This document shows positions 30,971-40,009 of a DNA stretch of 64,000 bases, piece by piece. Each line of letters starts with the position of its first letter. Position 1 is the first letter of the stretch. The stretch lies in IMG/VR virus record IMGVR_UViG_3300033149_001989, positions 32,001 through 96,000 of that record; one strand, written 5' to 3'. The position numbers and the translations under genes are program-made. Source of the DNA: a virus. The notes under the pieces are model-generated. The model saw nothing but the letters and a program-made list of their open reading frames with translations, had not been told where the DNA came from and searched no databases.

Positions 30971-31279
30971 TTGTCGAAGTTGCCAATTACTATTGAGGGG
31001 TATCTCGGTAATGATAACCAAGAAGTTGACCGTGACGAATACGGCAGAATTGTGGAGAATTTTTACTATCTTGGTTGTCCTAATCTGGATAGTGAGCATA
31101 AATTAGGTTGGTATGGACAACCAAGGTTTATCTATGATGTAGAGAAAGATATTACAGATATACTACAAAACAATCTCGGAAAGTATATTAGAATAACCAT
31201 TGAGGCAGTCGAAATCGGGGGCAGGGCGGAATGTGAGGTTTGTAAGCGGAGATTTGAATGTCTGACCAAAATAAAATAA
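30971..31279 (+). CDS. Small protein carrying CxxCxxRFxC[ST] module (C-terminal)
   Basis: CEVCKRRFECLTKIK*. Confidence 0.7.
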   Translation: MSKLPITIEGYLGNDNQEVDRDEYGRIVENFYYLGCPNLDSEHKLGWYGQPRFIYDVEKDITDILQNNLGKYIRITIEAVEIGGRAECEVCKRRFECLTKIK

Positions 31280-31740
31280 CTAGGCACAAAATTGTACTAT
31301 GCTCTAACTGCGGTTTTACGCACACAAATGTTAAACCGTATGCCACAGTAGATATGCGGGGCAATAATGCCGTTATGGTCATCAAAGCGTTATGCCCCGA
31401 ATGTCGAAAGGAGCAATTGAAGAACGAGACTCGTTTAGTAAATTGTGCTTATTGTGGATTAACGAAAGGAGAGAAACTACACCCAACTCTGATTGAACGG
31501 AGGGTGTTTGACGGGCAGAACACTTGCAATTTCTTTATTCAACTATGTGATGATTGCAAGAAGATACCTCATAACATAATTCGAGAAAAATTAGATAAAC
31601 AACTACAAAGCCTATGTAATAGTTGTGATGATAGGTTTAAATGCTTCACTGCACAACACACGGCTCCGATGAAAAGTTACCCCACAAGGGATGGGGTTCA
31701 CAGGAATACAAGGTCGAAGCGATTTAGGAGGATAGTATGA
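31258..31740 (+). CDS. Multi-Zn-ribbon protein carrying CxxCxxRFxC[ST] module
   Basis: Four CxxC pairs, then CNSCDDRFKCFT. Confidence 0.7.
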   Translation: MSDQNKITRHKIVLCSNCGFTHTNVKPYATVDMRGNNAVMVIKALCPECRKEQLKNETRLVNCAYCGLTKGEKLHPTLIERRVFDGQNTCNFFIQLCDDCKKIPHNIIREKLDKQLQSLCNSCDDRFKCFTAQHTAPMKSYPTRDGVHRNTRSKRFRRIV

Positions 31741-32047
31741 ACGAGGTAGAAATTTTAGAGGAAATGTTATCTATCTACAAACGATACTTTGAGGTAGTCC
31801 AAGAAATGGGGGCTATCACAATGTCAGAGGATGATAGTAAGCGACTGGCTGAACTGGAAACAAAGTTAGAGGCAATTCGGGATTAGTTGAACATGGTGAG
31901 AAGAATAATTCTTAATAATAAGGAGAGGGGCAATAAGAATATAGTAAATCGCTACGAGAGTTAACTAAAATAAGATTTAGGATGGTAAAAAGTTTATTAT
32001 GATGGTTAACAAAGAGTATTACATAATTACATAAATGATGTGGTAAG

Positions 32048-32383
32048 ATGAAATTTGTAAGTGGAATAGTAATAAAAAGAATGATTTGCCCAAAGTGTGG
32101 TAATGTAGATAAATTCTACGTGGATGCACAAAAAACTATGGTTAGGGTAGTTCTCACGTTTGGAAAGGAGGGGGTAGAGTTAGATGACTCATTTCCCCAA
32201 GATGTAGAAATATTCCCAACAAGTTGCTATGAGTGCGGTGCCAATGTTAAATATCAGGGTTTTATATTAAAAGAAAAGAGTGACAAAGTATGTCAACATT
32301 GTGTGAACAGGTTTAAGTGTTTTACTGATAAGAATGAGTGCCTTGGGTTTCAGTTTGAACAGGAAAAAGTAGACCTGCTTTGA
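32048..32383 (+). CDS. Zn-ribbon protein carrying CxxCxxRFxC[ST] module
   Basis: CPKC...CYEC; CQHCVNRFKCFT. Confidence 0.7.
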   Translation: MKFVSGIVIKRMICPKCGNVDKFYVDAQKTMVRVVLTFGKEGVELDDSFPQDVEIFPTSCYECGANVKYQGFILKEKSDKVCQHCVNRFKCFTDKNECLGFQFEQEKVDLL

Positions 32384-32443
32384 AAAACAGTCGAATTACC
32401 AGAATTTGGTGCTTGGTACGTAAGGCAAAAAGTTGGTGTTTCT

Positions 32444-32818
32444 ATGAAAAAATACAATTTCTTTTGTGAAGTTCCTTCCCAATCTAATCCTAACAAGACC
32501 TATAAAATTAAAGTAGACGAAAAAGGTATGTTTTCGTGTTCATGTCCTAGTTGGATATTCAATCAACGTGGAAATCGGACTTGTAAACACATAGATAAAT
32601 TGCGGGGAGACGGCTTACATTTAGATGGTAAAGGGCAGTTAATAGAAGGTAAGATGCTTACTATTGTTGATAAGGAATATGGTTGGTATAATAAAGCACC
32701 GCTACTTTGCCAAAACTATCCTGAACAGTGTAATGATTGTAAAATGCGTTTCATCTGCTGGTCGCAGCGTGAGGCTGAATTTAGTCGAGAACAACTCAAA
32801 GAGGCTGGAAGAATATAA
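32444..32818 (+). CDS. SWIM Zn-finger protein carrying CxxCxxRFxC[ST] module
   Basis: VPSQS...Y...SCSCPSW...TCKHI (SWIM); CNDCKMRFICWS. Confidence 0.75.
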   Translation: MKKYNFFCEVPSQSNPNKTYKIKVDEKGMFSCSCPSWIFNQRGNRTCKHIDKLRGDGLHLDGKGQLIEGKMLTIVDKEYGWYNKAPLLCQNYPEQCNDCKMRFICWSQREAEFSREQLKEAGRI

Positions 32819-32905
32819 CACTTATATTATTCAAAAAGTTAACTCAGCAGGAGGCAGAAGAGGTGATTTCTGGTATCCAGAAGGTGAAGAGTATGCTGCA
32901 CCGAC

Positions 32906-33250
32906 TTGTTTAAGGTTCACATTTGGGAAGATGTGAAAATGAAAAAGATAAAAATAGGATATGGCGTTGAACTGATAAAAGATAAAACACTGTTCCCCAC
33001 AAGGTACGGCAGAACTAGAGAAAAGGAGTTTAAGTCTAGCAGTAGAGGTGTGGTAATTGATGTAAAAACTGTTTCCACTGGTAGTGGTTATCGTTATTAT
33101 AAGATAAAGAAATATAGGATTGACTTTGGTAACGATAATTTATTTTGGGCACAGTTTAGTGATTTGCGGAAATGTCAAAATATGCGAGATAACGTGAATA
33201 TTTGTGATACTTGCGAATTAAGATTTAAATGTTTTACAGGTGAAAAATGA
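32906..33250 (+). CDS. Small protein carrying CxxCxxRFxC[ST] module (C-terminal)
   Basis: CDTCELRFKCFTGEK*. Confidence 0.7.
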   Translation: MFKVHIWEDVKMKKIKIGYGVELIKDKTLFPTRYGRTREKEFKSSSRGVVIDVKTVSTGSGYRYYKIKKYRIDFGNDNLFWAQFSDLRKCQNMRDNVNICDTCELRFKCFTGEK

Positions 33251-33484
33251 AAAATCGGGAGTTGTTATTTAGTGTCACCAAGAAAGACCTTGAAATGCAG
33301 ACGTTTCGGGTTGGTGGGGCAAAATCAGAACAAAGTAAATAGTGGTGTTCGTTTTATCCATAAGGCTTCTGGTGCGGTTGGGGAAGCAAGGAACTCCAGG
33401 CACCAGCATCAAAATAAGAAGTCGGCATTCCTGAGACTCGTTAACAGTAGTAAATTTCAAGCTTGGGCAATTAGAGGATATTAA
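33247..33484 (+). pseudogene. Peptide-release-factor/ArfB-like peptidyl-tRNA hydrolase domain, frameshifted at the GGQ loop
   Basis: MKNRELLFSVTKKDLEMQTFRVGG / (frame change about 33318) QNQNKVNSGVRFIHKASG...RHQHQNKKSAF. Confidence 0.75.
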
Positions 33485-33637
33485 CAAAAAAGTTAAGGAG
33501 TTGATGAAACCTGAAACTTAAAGATTGAGTATTTAGGCAAAGATTGAAAAATGCTTCCAATAATTTTTTGGGCTAAATGGTTTTCTTATGAAACGTCAAG
33601 ATAAATTTGTTTGGGGAGATTAGGCTTAGTCTCAGAC

Positions 33638-33666
33638 TTGACAAGAGACGAGGCGTATGTTATAAT
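33638..33666 (+). promoter_or_regulatory. sigma70-type promoter
   Basis: TTGACA-17nt-TATAAT, TG extension. Confidence 0.8.
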
Positions 33667-33739
33667 GATAGCAGAATGAATGAACGTTTTTGAAATACCA
33701 GAAATAGAAATGAGAGAGTGTCAGGAACAGAAAATTTAA

Positions 33740-34210
33740 GTGCTGAACATTGGAGAGAGAATGAAATTTAATATAAGTATGGGGTATCATAAATACTTTA
33801 ATCAGACCATCGAGGCTGAAACTGAGGAAGAAGCAAAGAAACAGGCTGATGAACTCAGGAAAAAGGTCTATGAGGAGATTATGTCTGATGCCATAATGGC
33901 AGAGTTGAAACCTAATGTTGTTCTTTCTGATGATAACTTCCGCCTTAGAGAAGGTGCGATTTGCCTTGTTCGTAGATGGAGTAAGTGGTTTCCTGCCAGG
34001 GTTATTTATAGCAATCGGAACTGGCGCTATTGGGGTTACGACCATAGGTTTCAATTCTTGCACAATGGTCAGGGTGTGTGGCTTACTAATAGAAATAAGA
34101 CGATAAACGAGAGAATTGGTAAAGTTTTGTGTGAGGATGGTAAAATTGGTAAGGAACAGTGTGAACATTGTGTGGCTCGGTTCTACTGCTATTCGGAGAG
34201 AAACAAATAG
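33740..34210 (+). CDS. Protein carrying CxxCxxRFxC[ST] module (C-terminal)
   Basis: CEHCVARFYCYSERNK*. Confidence 0.7.
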   Translation: MLNIGERMKFNISMGYHKYFNQTIEAETEEEAKKQADELRKKVYEEIMSDAIMAELKPNVVLSDDNFRLREGAICLVRRWSKWFPARVIYSNRNWRYWGYDHRFQFLHNGQGVWLTNRNKTINERIGKVLCEDGKIGKEQCEHCVARFYCYSERNK

Positions 34211-34399
34211 TGTTTTGGGAAATATTTGGAACAGCGTGCTGTTCGGTTTTGGTTACTTTAGTAGTAATAAGTATCAATCAAGCAAAACACGAAGGTAGAA
34301 GGCGTAATGTCATCCTAAAGCGTGGTATCTGTCCCGAATGTGGTAGTCCTTTGATGAAAAAGGATGCACAGCATAAAGGGAAAGGAATAGGGTTTACAA

Positions 34400-34663
34400 A
34401 TGAACCAAGATGAAGCGATAGCAAAGGCTGATAGCAAGTGGTGGGCGGGTAAGTCTGCAAAGGAAATTGTTGACTTCCAACTCTATGAAGATAGATTGTG
34501 TATGCCATTTGACTTGTTTCAGCAGGCAGTTGAGGAAGTATTAAACAGACCAGTATGGGCACACGAATTTTGCCGTGCTGAGGGATTGCAGGCAGAATAT
34601 GAAGGTAAAAGACCACCAGAACATAATCCTATTGCTTCGGCAGAGAGAATAATTAAAGGTTAG
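34400..34663 (+). CDS. Hypothetical phage protein
   Basis: FQLYEDRLCMPFDLFQQAVEEVLNRPVWAHEF. Confidence 0.65.
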   Translation: MNQDEAIAKADSKWWAGKSAKEIVDFQLYEDRLCMPFDLFQQAVEEVLNRPVWAHEFCRAEGLQAEYEGKRPPEHNPIASAERIIKG

Positions 34664-34672
34664 GGAAGAAAA

Positions 34673-36115
34673 TTGATTACACTGGGGCAGTTAAGCAATA
34701 CCATAGGAACTAAAAGGCGACCAGACCTTGATGGGGAGATTGATTTTGATAAGATTGAACTTAGTCCATATGATATACGAACCGAAAGAAACGTGCCATT
34801 TATGGCAAAAAGTTTGGCAAGAGATGGGCAACTCCATCCACTTACAGTAACTTTTAATGGTGGCAAAATAATAACGGTAAATGGCAGAACTAGATACTAT
34901 GGATTTAAAACGTTAAAGGAGAAAGGTAAGTGGGTGCCCAATCTTGTTAATAGTAAAGTTAAAATTGAAGCATATGAAAATCTTGATAGATTAGAACAGA
35001 ATTATCTTAATGCGACTATCAACAGCCATCAAAAAACGCTAAATCCCGATGAGAAGTTAGCATTTGTTGAGCAACATAAAGACGATTTAGATGAGAATAG
35101 TTTGAGAGAGGCACTTGGATTAGAAAAGATAAAACAAGTAAGAAGCTATAAGGATGTTGCCGAAATGCTTGAAGAACAACCTGAGTTGAGACCCTATTTA
35201 AAAACTACCAAAGATGGTCGGGGGCGTGGTGAGGTAGAAATTGAAACGGCGAGTATAATTTCAAGTCTTGATGATAAAGTTGGTAGACTAGCATTGGCTA
35301 AACAGGCTAAACACTTAAAGAATAGGAATATAACTGATAGAGCAAGAAGAAAAGAACTTACTAATAAAGCAAAAAAATATAAGGAACTAAGAAAGAGTAA
35401 AGATAAAATTGGTTTAAACGATAAGCAGATAGCGGCTGCGGTAATGGAAAGGTCAAATGACAGTTTGTTTAGTTTATTCTCCGCTTCTAAAGGTAGTTCA
35501 GGTAAGTATGCAGCTTTCTATGATTGGCTTGCTATAAGTAAAGTTGATGTTGCTATAATATTTAATCCAACAACTCCTTACTTGGACGGGTCGCCAACCT
35601 TTGAAAGTGAGGCGGCTATGGCAATACGATTGTCGCAGATACAGGGGTTTGAGGTAATACTTATAGAACAAGATACTCCGATAGCCAAAATTTGGGAAAA
35701 TTATTGCAAATCATATAAAAATGTTAAGATTTATAATAAGAGTGCTGAAGAATTTATGGTTGAAAACTTAACTTTCTCTAAAGAAAAAACACTATTCTAT
35801 TTTAATTTTAAAGGAGATAGAGCGGCAAGAGAATTTATGCGACCAGCACTAACTATGGGCACACTAAGAAAAAGGAGACCCAATTCAACTATTGGGCATA
35901 TATTGGTGGAGGAGTGGAACATCCCCACAAGTAAGAAATCTAATTATTTGGAAATTTTAAGTTGGTTTGGTGTAGATTTTGTATCGTTAATTAAAACTAT
36001 TGAGGACTTTTCAAGTCAACTAGCGAGTGTTTGTGGTATTAGTTATAGTATCAAATGGCATAAATTACTGCAAGACGGAAATAAAAGAAGAACGGCGCTG
36101 GTGGTGTTTGAGTGA
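34673..36115 (+). CDS. ParB/sulfiredoxin-like N-terminal domain protein
   Basis: MAKSLARDGQLHPLTV...VNGRTRY...N...LNPDEK; C-terminal alpha/beta domain unassigned. Confidence 0.6.
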   Translation: MITLGQLSNTIGTKRRPDLDGEIDFDKIELSPYDIRTERNVPFMAKSLARDGQLHPLTVTFNGGKIITVNGRTRYYGFKTLKEKGKWVPNLVNSKVKIEAYENLDRLEQNYLNATINSHQKTLNPDEKLAFVEQHKDDLDENSLREALGLEKIKQVRSYKDVAEMLEEQPELRPYLKTTKDGRGRGEVEIETASIISSLDDKVGRLALAKQAKHLKNRNITDRARRKELTNKAKKYKELRKSKDKIGLNDKQIAAAVMERSNDSLFSLFSASKGSSGKYAAFYDWLAISKVDVAIIFNPTTPYLDGSPTFESEAAMAIRLSQIQGFEVILIEQDTPIAKIWENYCKSYKNVKIYNKSAEEFMVENLTFSKEKTLFYFNFKGDRAAREFMRPALTMGTLRKRRPNSTIGHILVEEWNIPTSKKSNYLEILSWFGVDFVSLIKTIEDFSSQLASVCGISYSIKWHKLLQDGNKRRTALVVFE

Positions 36116-36269
36116 AGTGCCATTTTGTCCAGAGAAAGCAACTATGCTCGTTGGTAAAGCAAAAGTACCAGTTTGCGACACGCACTACGAGCAATATCTA
36201 AAGAATGAAAAAACTCCTGAAAAAGATTGCAGAATTGGAGAAAAGTGTATAATATTGCCCAGATGAGAT

Positions 36270-36689
36270 GTGCTCGCCTTTGATACAAAAGTAATGGAGA
36301 AACTAATGGGAAACAAATATATAGTGACAATCCAGATAGTTGCTGATACAGGCAACCTTAAATCGAACAGTCTTAAGTCAAGGTTTGAATCAAAGCTAAA
36401 TGACTTTTCTCCTGTCTCACCTGAAATTCAAATCCAATCAAGGACAGTTATTGTGGAGGAATATCCTAAACCAATTCCTTCTAGGACTCAAAGATTTTTT
36501 GATGCCGTGGAAGTATTGAAGTTGCATCCTCTTTGGGTCATTATCGCCGAAGAGCACGAAAGAGACAGATATGCTTTGAAACCATTTGTTTGGCAAGGTC
36601 CTGGTGAGTATCGTAGGGTAGAAACGGAAGATGGTAGGGATGGTTTGGTAAAAGTTGTGCGTGATGCTGTTGGTAGGGAGATAATATGA
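36270..36689 (+). CDS. Hypothetical protein
   Basis: Operonic ORF. Confidence 0.5.
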   Translation: MLAFDTKVMEKLMGNKYIVTIQIVADTGNLKSNSLKSRFESKLNDFSPVSPEIQIQSRTVIVEEYPKPIPSRTQRFFDAVEVLKLHPLWVIIAEEHERDRYALKPFVWQGPGEYRRVETEDGRDGLVKVVRDAVGREII

Positions 36690-36771
36690 GTTATCGACAC
36701 CTAAGAAGAATAAAAGGTTTGATGATAAAGAGAAGTCTGCATCAAACTGGCATTGAAAGAGGAGGAACTAA

Positions 36772-37212
36772 TTGGGGAGTGTGGTGATGTCTGAAAAGAA
36801 GAAAATGAACGAACAAGAACTAAACAAAAAGCTAGCAGAATGGGCAGGGTTCACAAAGATTATTCAATTAGGCTCCTGCCTATGTGGGTACCCTCCAAAC
36901 TTTATCTATAAAAACTGGAACAAGCTAAGCGTTGGCATGTTCCCAATTCCTAACTTCACCCAATCCCTAGATGCCTGCTTCAGATGGCTTGTGCCGAAGT
37001 TCAAAGAAATGTGCACATCAAGGTCAGATTATAAAGGGTTTGGTACTTGTGACAACAGTGTTCACATTTTCTTGAGATTATGCGAAGGGCAGGGATGGGC
37101 AACAAAAGGCTGGCTTGCAAGCATACGAGGATTTAGAACAGAGACAATGGTAGAGGGAGTTGATTCTCCAGCATTAGCTTTCTGTAGGGCATTAGAGAAA
37201 TTTATTGAGTGA
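36772..37212 (+). CDS. Hypothetical phage protein (ABA-sandwich-like)
   Basis: ELNKKLAEWAG...PNFTQSLDACFRWLV...SPALAFCRA. Confidence 0.55.
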   Translation: MGSVVMSEKKKMNEQELNKKLAEWAGFTKIIQLGSCLCGYPPNFIYKNWNKLSVGMFPIPNFTQSLDACFRWLVPKFKEMCTSRSDYKGFGTCDNSVHIFLRLCEGQGWATKGWLASIRGFRTETMVEGVDSPALAFCRALEKFIE

Positions 37213-37377
37213 GCAGATGAGTGGAGAAAGAATTATAGGTGGATGAAGTTAATTACAATCCTACTCTTGCTGGTGATTGCATAGTTTTGTTTAGGTAAAC
37301 AAGGAAGTAATAGACTCGAAGAGAAGTTGCATTATTCGAAGACAGAACAGCACCTTGTTCGGAGTATTTTCGGGTAA

Positions 37378-37737
37378 ATGAAGTGTGAAGAACTAGAGCG
37401 GCGTATCAAGATTTTAGAGGACACTGTTGATATTTTAAAACAAAGAGTAACAAGATTAGACCATGATACTAATGATTACACTCTTGGATTGGTTATAAAG
37501 ATAAACGAAACAGTGGATAAAATAGTCGCCATTAGAACAGTTAGAACCCATCTTAGGTTAGGGCTGAGGGAGTCTAAAGAAATAGTTGACAGGGCACCTA
37601 CCACAATTAAAGGATTAGATAGTAAAACGGCTAAAGCGTTGATGAATGATTTAAACACTATTGGGGTATCCGCTTATCTTTGTGATTATAATTGTAGTAA
37701 ATGCTATTACAGATTTCAATGTTGGAGTAACAGATGA
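37378..37737 (+). CDS. Ribosomal protein L7/L12 C-terminal-domain protein with C-terminal CxxCxxRFxC[ST] module
   Basis: KIVAIRTVRTHLRLGLRESKEIVDRAPTTIKGLDSKTAKAL...IG; then CDYNCSKCYYRFQCWS. Confidence 0.75.
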   Translation: MKCEELERRIKILEDTVDILKQRVTRLDHDTNDYTLGLVIKINETVDKIVAIRTVRTHLRLGLRESKEIVDRAPTTIKGLDSKTAKALMNDLNTIGVSAYLCDYNCSKCYYRFQCWSNR

Positions 37738-38159
37738 TTATAGTTAATGGTTATAGATTAAATCTGGAAGACGGTGACGAGCTAGACGTTTTTCACCACG
37801 AATGTGGCAAGTGTGGTTATCATACTGAGATAACCGTACGCCGAGGAAACAAGGAAATCGCATCTCTAGGAGATGCGGTTCGGCTGCTTGATATGAAAGA
37901 TGAAGTATATGGTGGAGTTGTTGTTGACAAACAGGGCAATACTCTGCCCGACCCACGCAGGATAACTCATATAATTCCTAACGATAAAAGTGGGATGACC
38001 AAAGATAGATATTATTATGTTGGAATGTGCGGCAAAGTGCTGAGGGGTGACCACAACTACACTTTCATAACCTTCCCTTCTAATATGTCATATCTAAGTA
38101 AGAGAGAAAGAGAGACACTTTGTAAGGATTGTTTGAAAGAGTATGAAAAGCAGAAATAA
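37734..38159 (+). CDS. Hypothetical Zn-binding protein
   Basis: CGKC; H...MCG...CKDC. Confidence 0.55.
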   Translation: MIIVNGYRLNLEDGDELDVFHHECGKCGYHTEITVRRGNKEIASLGDAVRLLDMKDEVYGGVVVDKQGNTLPDPRRITHIIPNDKSGMTKDRYYYVGMCGKVLRGDHNYTFITFPSNMSYLSKRERETLCKDCLKEYEKQK

Positions 38160-38259
38160 ATGTAATAAAAGAATACCCATCAGCCGCAGAGGCGTGTAGA
38201 ATTACTGGAATTTCACATATTGATGATGTCGCTTCTGGTAGGAGATTGAGTGGTTTTAA

Positions 38260-38787
38260 TTGGAGGTGGAAACAATGATACCCTCAGAAGCGTGGGTTTT
38301 GCCACGTCCAGGTAAATCTAAGTACGTAGGAGCCTTTCCCCTCCACTTTGAACGTAAATTATTAAGGGAACTAAACATTGACCACGAAAAAGACAAGATA
38401 CTCCATCCATTTGGTGGTAAGGCTGAGTTTGGAACTAGATGCGATATTAACCCAGAAGTAGAACCTGATATAGTCTGTGATGCACACGATTTGCCATTTG
38501 AGGATAATACTTTTGACCTTGTGATTCTTGACCCACCATATAGTGAGGATTATGCTGAGAGATTGTATAATACCAAAAAGCACGGAAAACTGCGGTTCAA
38601 AAAATATACGGCAGAAGCGGTTAGAGTGACGAAAGTCGGTGGGTTCATCACTATGTACCACTATCTTGCTACACCAGCTATACGAGACACGATTCTAGTA
38701 AAAAGAATTCTAATGGAGACAAGGGTTTGGCACAAAGCAAGAATAATACACATACATCAGAAAAGACCAGAACTATGGCAAAAGTAG
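38260..38787 (+). CDS. Amino-methyltransferase (DPPY), probably DNA N6-adenine
   Basis: YVGAFP, LHPFGG, DINPE, CDAHDLPF..NTFDLVILDPPY. Confidence 0.75.
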   Translation: MEVETMIPSEAWVLPRPGKSKYVGAFPLHFERKLLRELNIDHEKDKILHPFGGKAEFGTRCDINPEVEPDIVCDAHDLPFEDNTFDLVILDPPYSEDYAERLYNTKKHGKLRFKKYTAEAVRVTKVGGFITMYHYLATPAIRDTILVKRILMETRVWHKARIIHIHQKRPELWQK

Positions 38788-39347
38788 TGCGTTATAAGAC
38801 TATCTATGCTGACCCTCCCTGGAAGTATAGGAACAACAAGGCGGATTCGGCTAGGTTAGGAGCGGCTACTTCAGCTTACCCTGTTATGAAATTGGAGGAT
38901 ATAATGGCTTTACCAGTTTCTAATATAGCTGATAGGGATGCTACATTATTATTATGGGTTACTATGCCTATGCTCCAAGATGGTTTGCGGGTTATAAAGG
39001 CTTGGGGTTTTACTTATAAAACTTGTGCCTTTGTTTGGGTAAAACTCAACCCCTCTGGTATAGGTGTCTATAGTGGTTTAGGGCACTGGGTTAATGGTAA
39101 TGCTGAGTTAGTTCTCCTAGCCAACAGAGGTCATCCATTGAGGCTGAGGAAAGATATTAAGCAAATAGTAATGGCGCCCAGAGGAGCACACTCCATTAAA
39201 CCAGATGAGGTTAGGAAGAGAATAGAACTACTATTTGAACCTCCAAGAATAGAATTATTTGCCAGAAGGAAACATGATGGATGGGATTGTTGGGGCAATG
39301 AAATTGATTCTGACATAAATATAGAGGATTACTTAGGGAAGAATTAA
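38775..39347 (+). CDS. MT-A70 family adenine methyltransferase
   Basis: IYADPPW, LLLWVT, WGFTYK, WVK, HSIKPDE, RIELFAR, GWDCWGNE. Confidence 0.9.
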   Translation: MAKVVRYKTIYADPPWKYRNNKADSARLGAATSAYPVMKLEDIMALPVSNIADRDATLLLWVTMPMLQDGLRVIKAWGFTYKTCAFVWVKLNPSGIGVYSGLGHWVNGNAELVLLANRGHPLRLRKDIKQIVMAPRGAHSIKPDEVRKRIELLFEPPRIELFARRKHDGWDCWGNEIDSDINIEDYLGKN

Positions 39348-39349
39348 CA

Positions 39350-39883
39350 ATGCACATGGTAGTTAGAGTCCTAGTATTTGCCAAAGATGCGGAGGAGGCA
39401 GTGAAGATAGCAGGAGATGCTCTTTACAGTATGTGTGGAGACGGTATGCCTTTTGATTACTACAATTTGTTTGATAACGAGGCTGCTTCTGAAAGGTGGG
39501 GTGAACTACCAGTTGTTATGAGGGTGTGCAATAAGATGGGAACAAAAAGATGTGATAACTGCCCCGACCGCTTCAAATGCTATACAGATAGGCAAGCCTA
39601 CGACCTGCTCGAAGAAGGGATACAGGCTTCAGAGAGGGAATTTTATCGCTATCTAACCGACCTACGTAAATGCTTTTACAAGAAAGACAAAAAGAAACTA
39701 ATAGATGATGGTCATTTTAGATACCTCTGCTATAAACTTGGTGAATATGGGGGTTCGTCTATTTACTTGTATAATGAAGAAGGAGAAGGTATACGTTCTC
39801 GAAAAGAATTAGAAGATATTCTGGTGCACGCTGATAGAGAAGATGAAATTCTATATATAATTCCAGCAGATGTGCATTATTAA
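39350..39883 (+). CDS. Hypothetical protein with internal CxxCxxRFxC[ST] module
   Basis: MH...FDYY...RWG...CDNCPDRFKCYT...IPADVHY. Confidence 0.7.
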   Translation: MHMVVRVLVFAKDAEEAVKIAGDALYSMCGDGMPFDYYNLFDNEAASERWGELPVVMRVCNKMGTKRCDNCPDRFKCYTDRQAYDLLEEGIQASEREFYRYLTDLRKCFYKKDKKKLIDDGHFRYLCYKLGEYGGSSIYLYNEEGEGIRSRKELEDILVHADREDEILYIIPADVHY

Positions 39884-39889
39884 AAGGGC

Positions 39890-39918
39890 TTGACTTCACA
39901 CTTGGCATATTGTATTAT
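39890..39918 (+). promoter_or_regulatory. sigma70-type promoter
   Basis: TTGACT-17nt-TATTAT. Confidence 0.6.
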
Positions 39919-40009
39919 AAAGTATTATGTATAATATAATTATGACTGTTTCCATTAGAGCGAAAGGGTCTACTGGAAATCAAAAATTTTAATTTGAAAT
40001 TAGAGGAAA

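Noticed and set aside
10716-37737. CxxxCxxC-containing ORFs as radical SAM enzymes
   Set aside because: Most of these proteins are far too short for the barrel and none shows other radical SAM motifs; the motif is the tag plus an upstream Cys.
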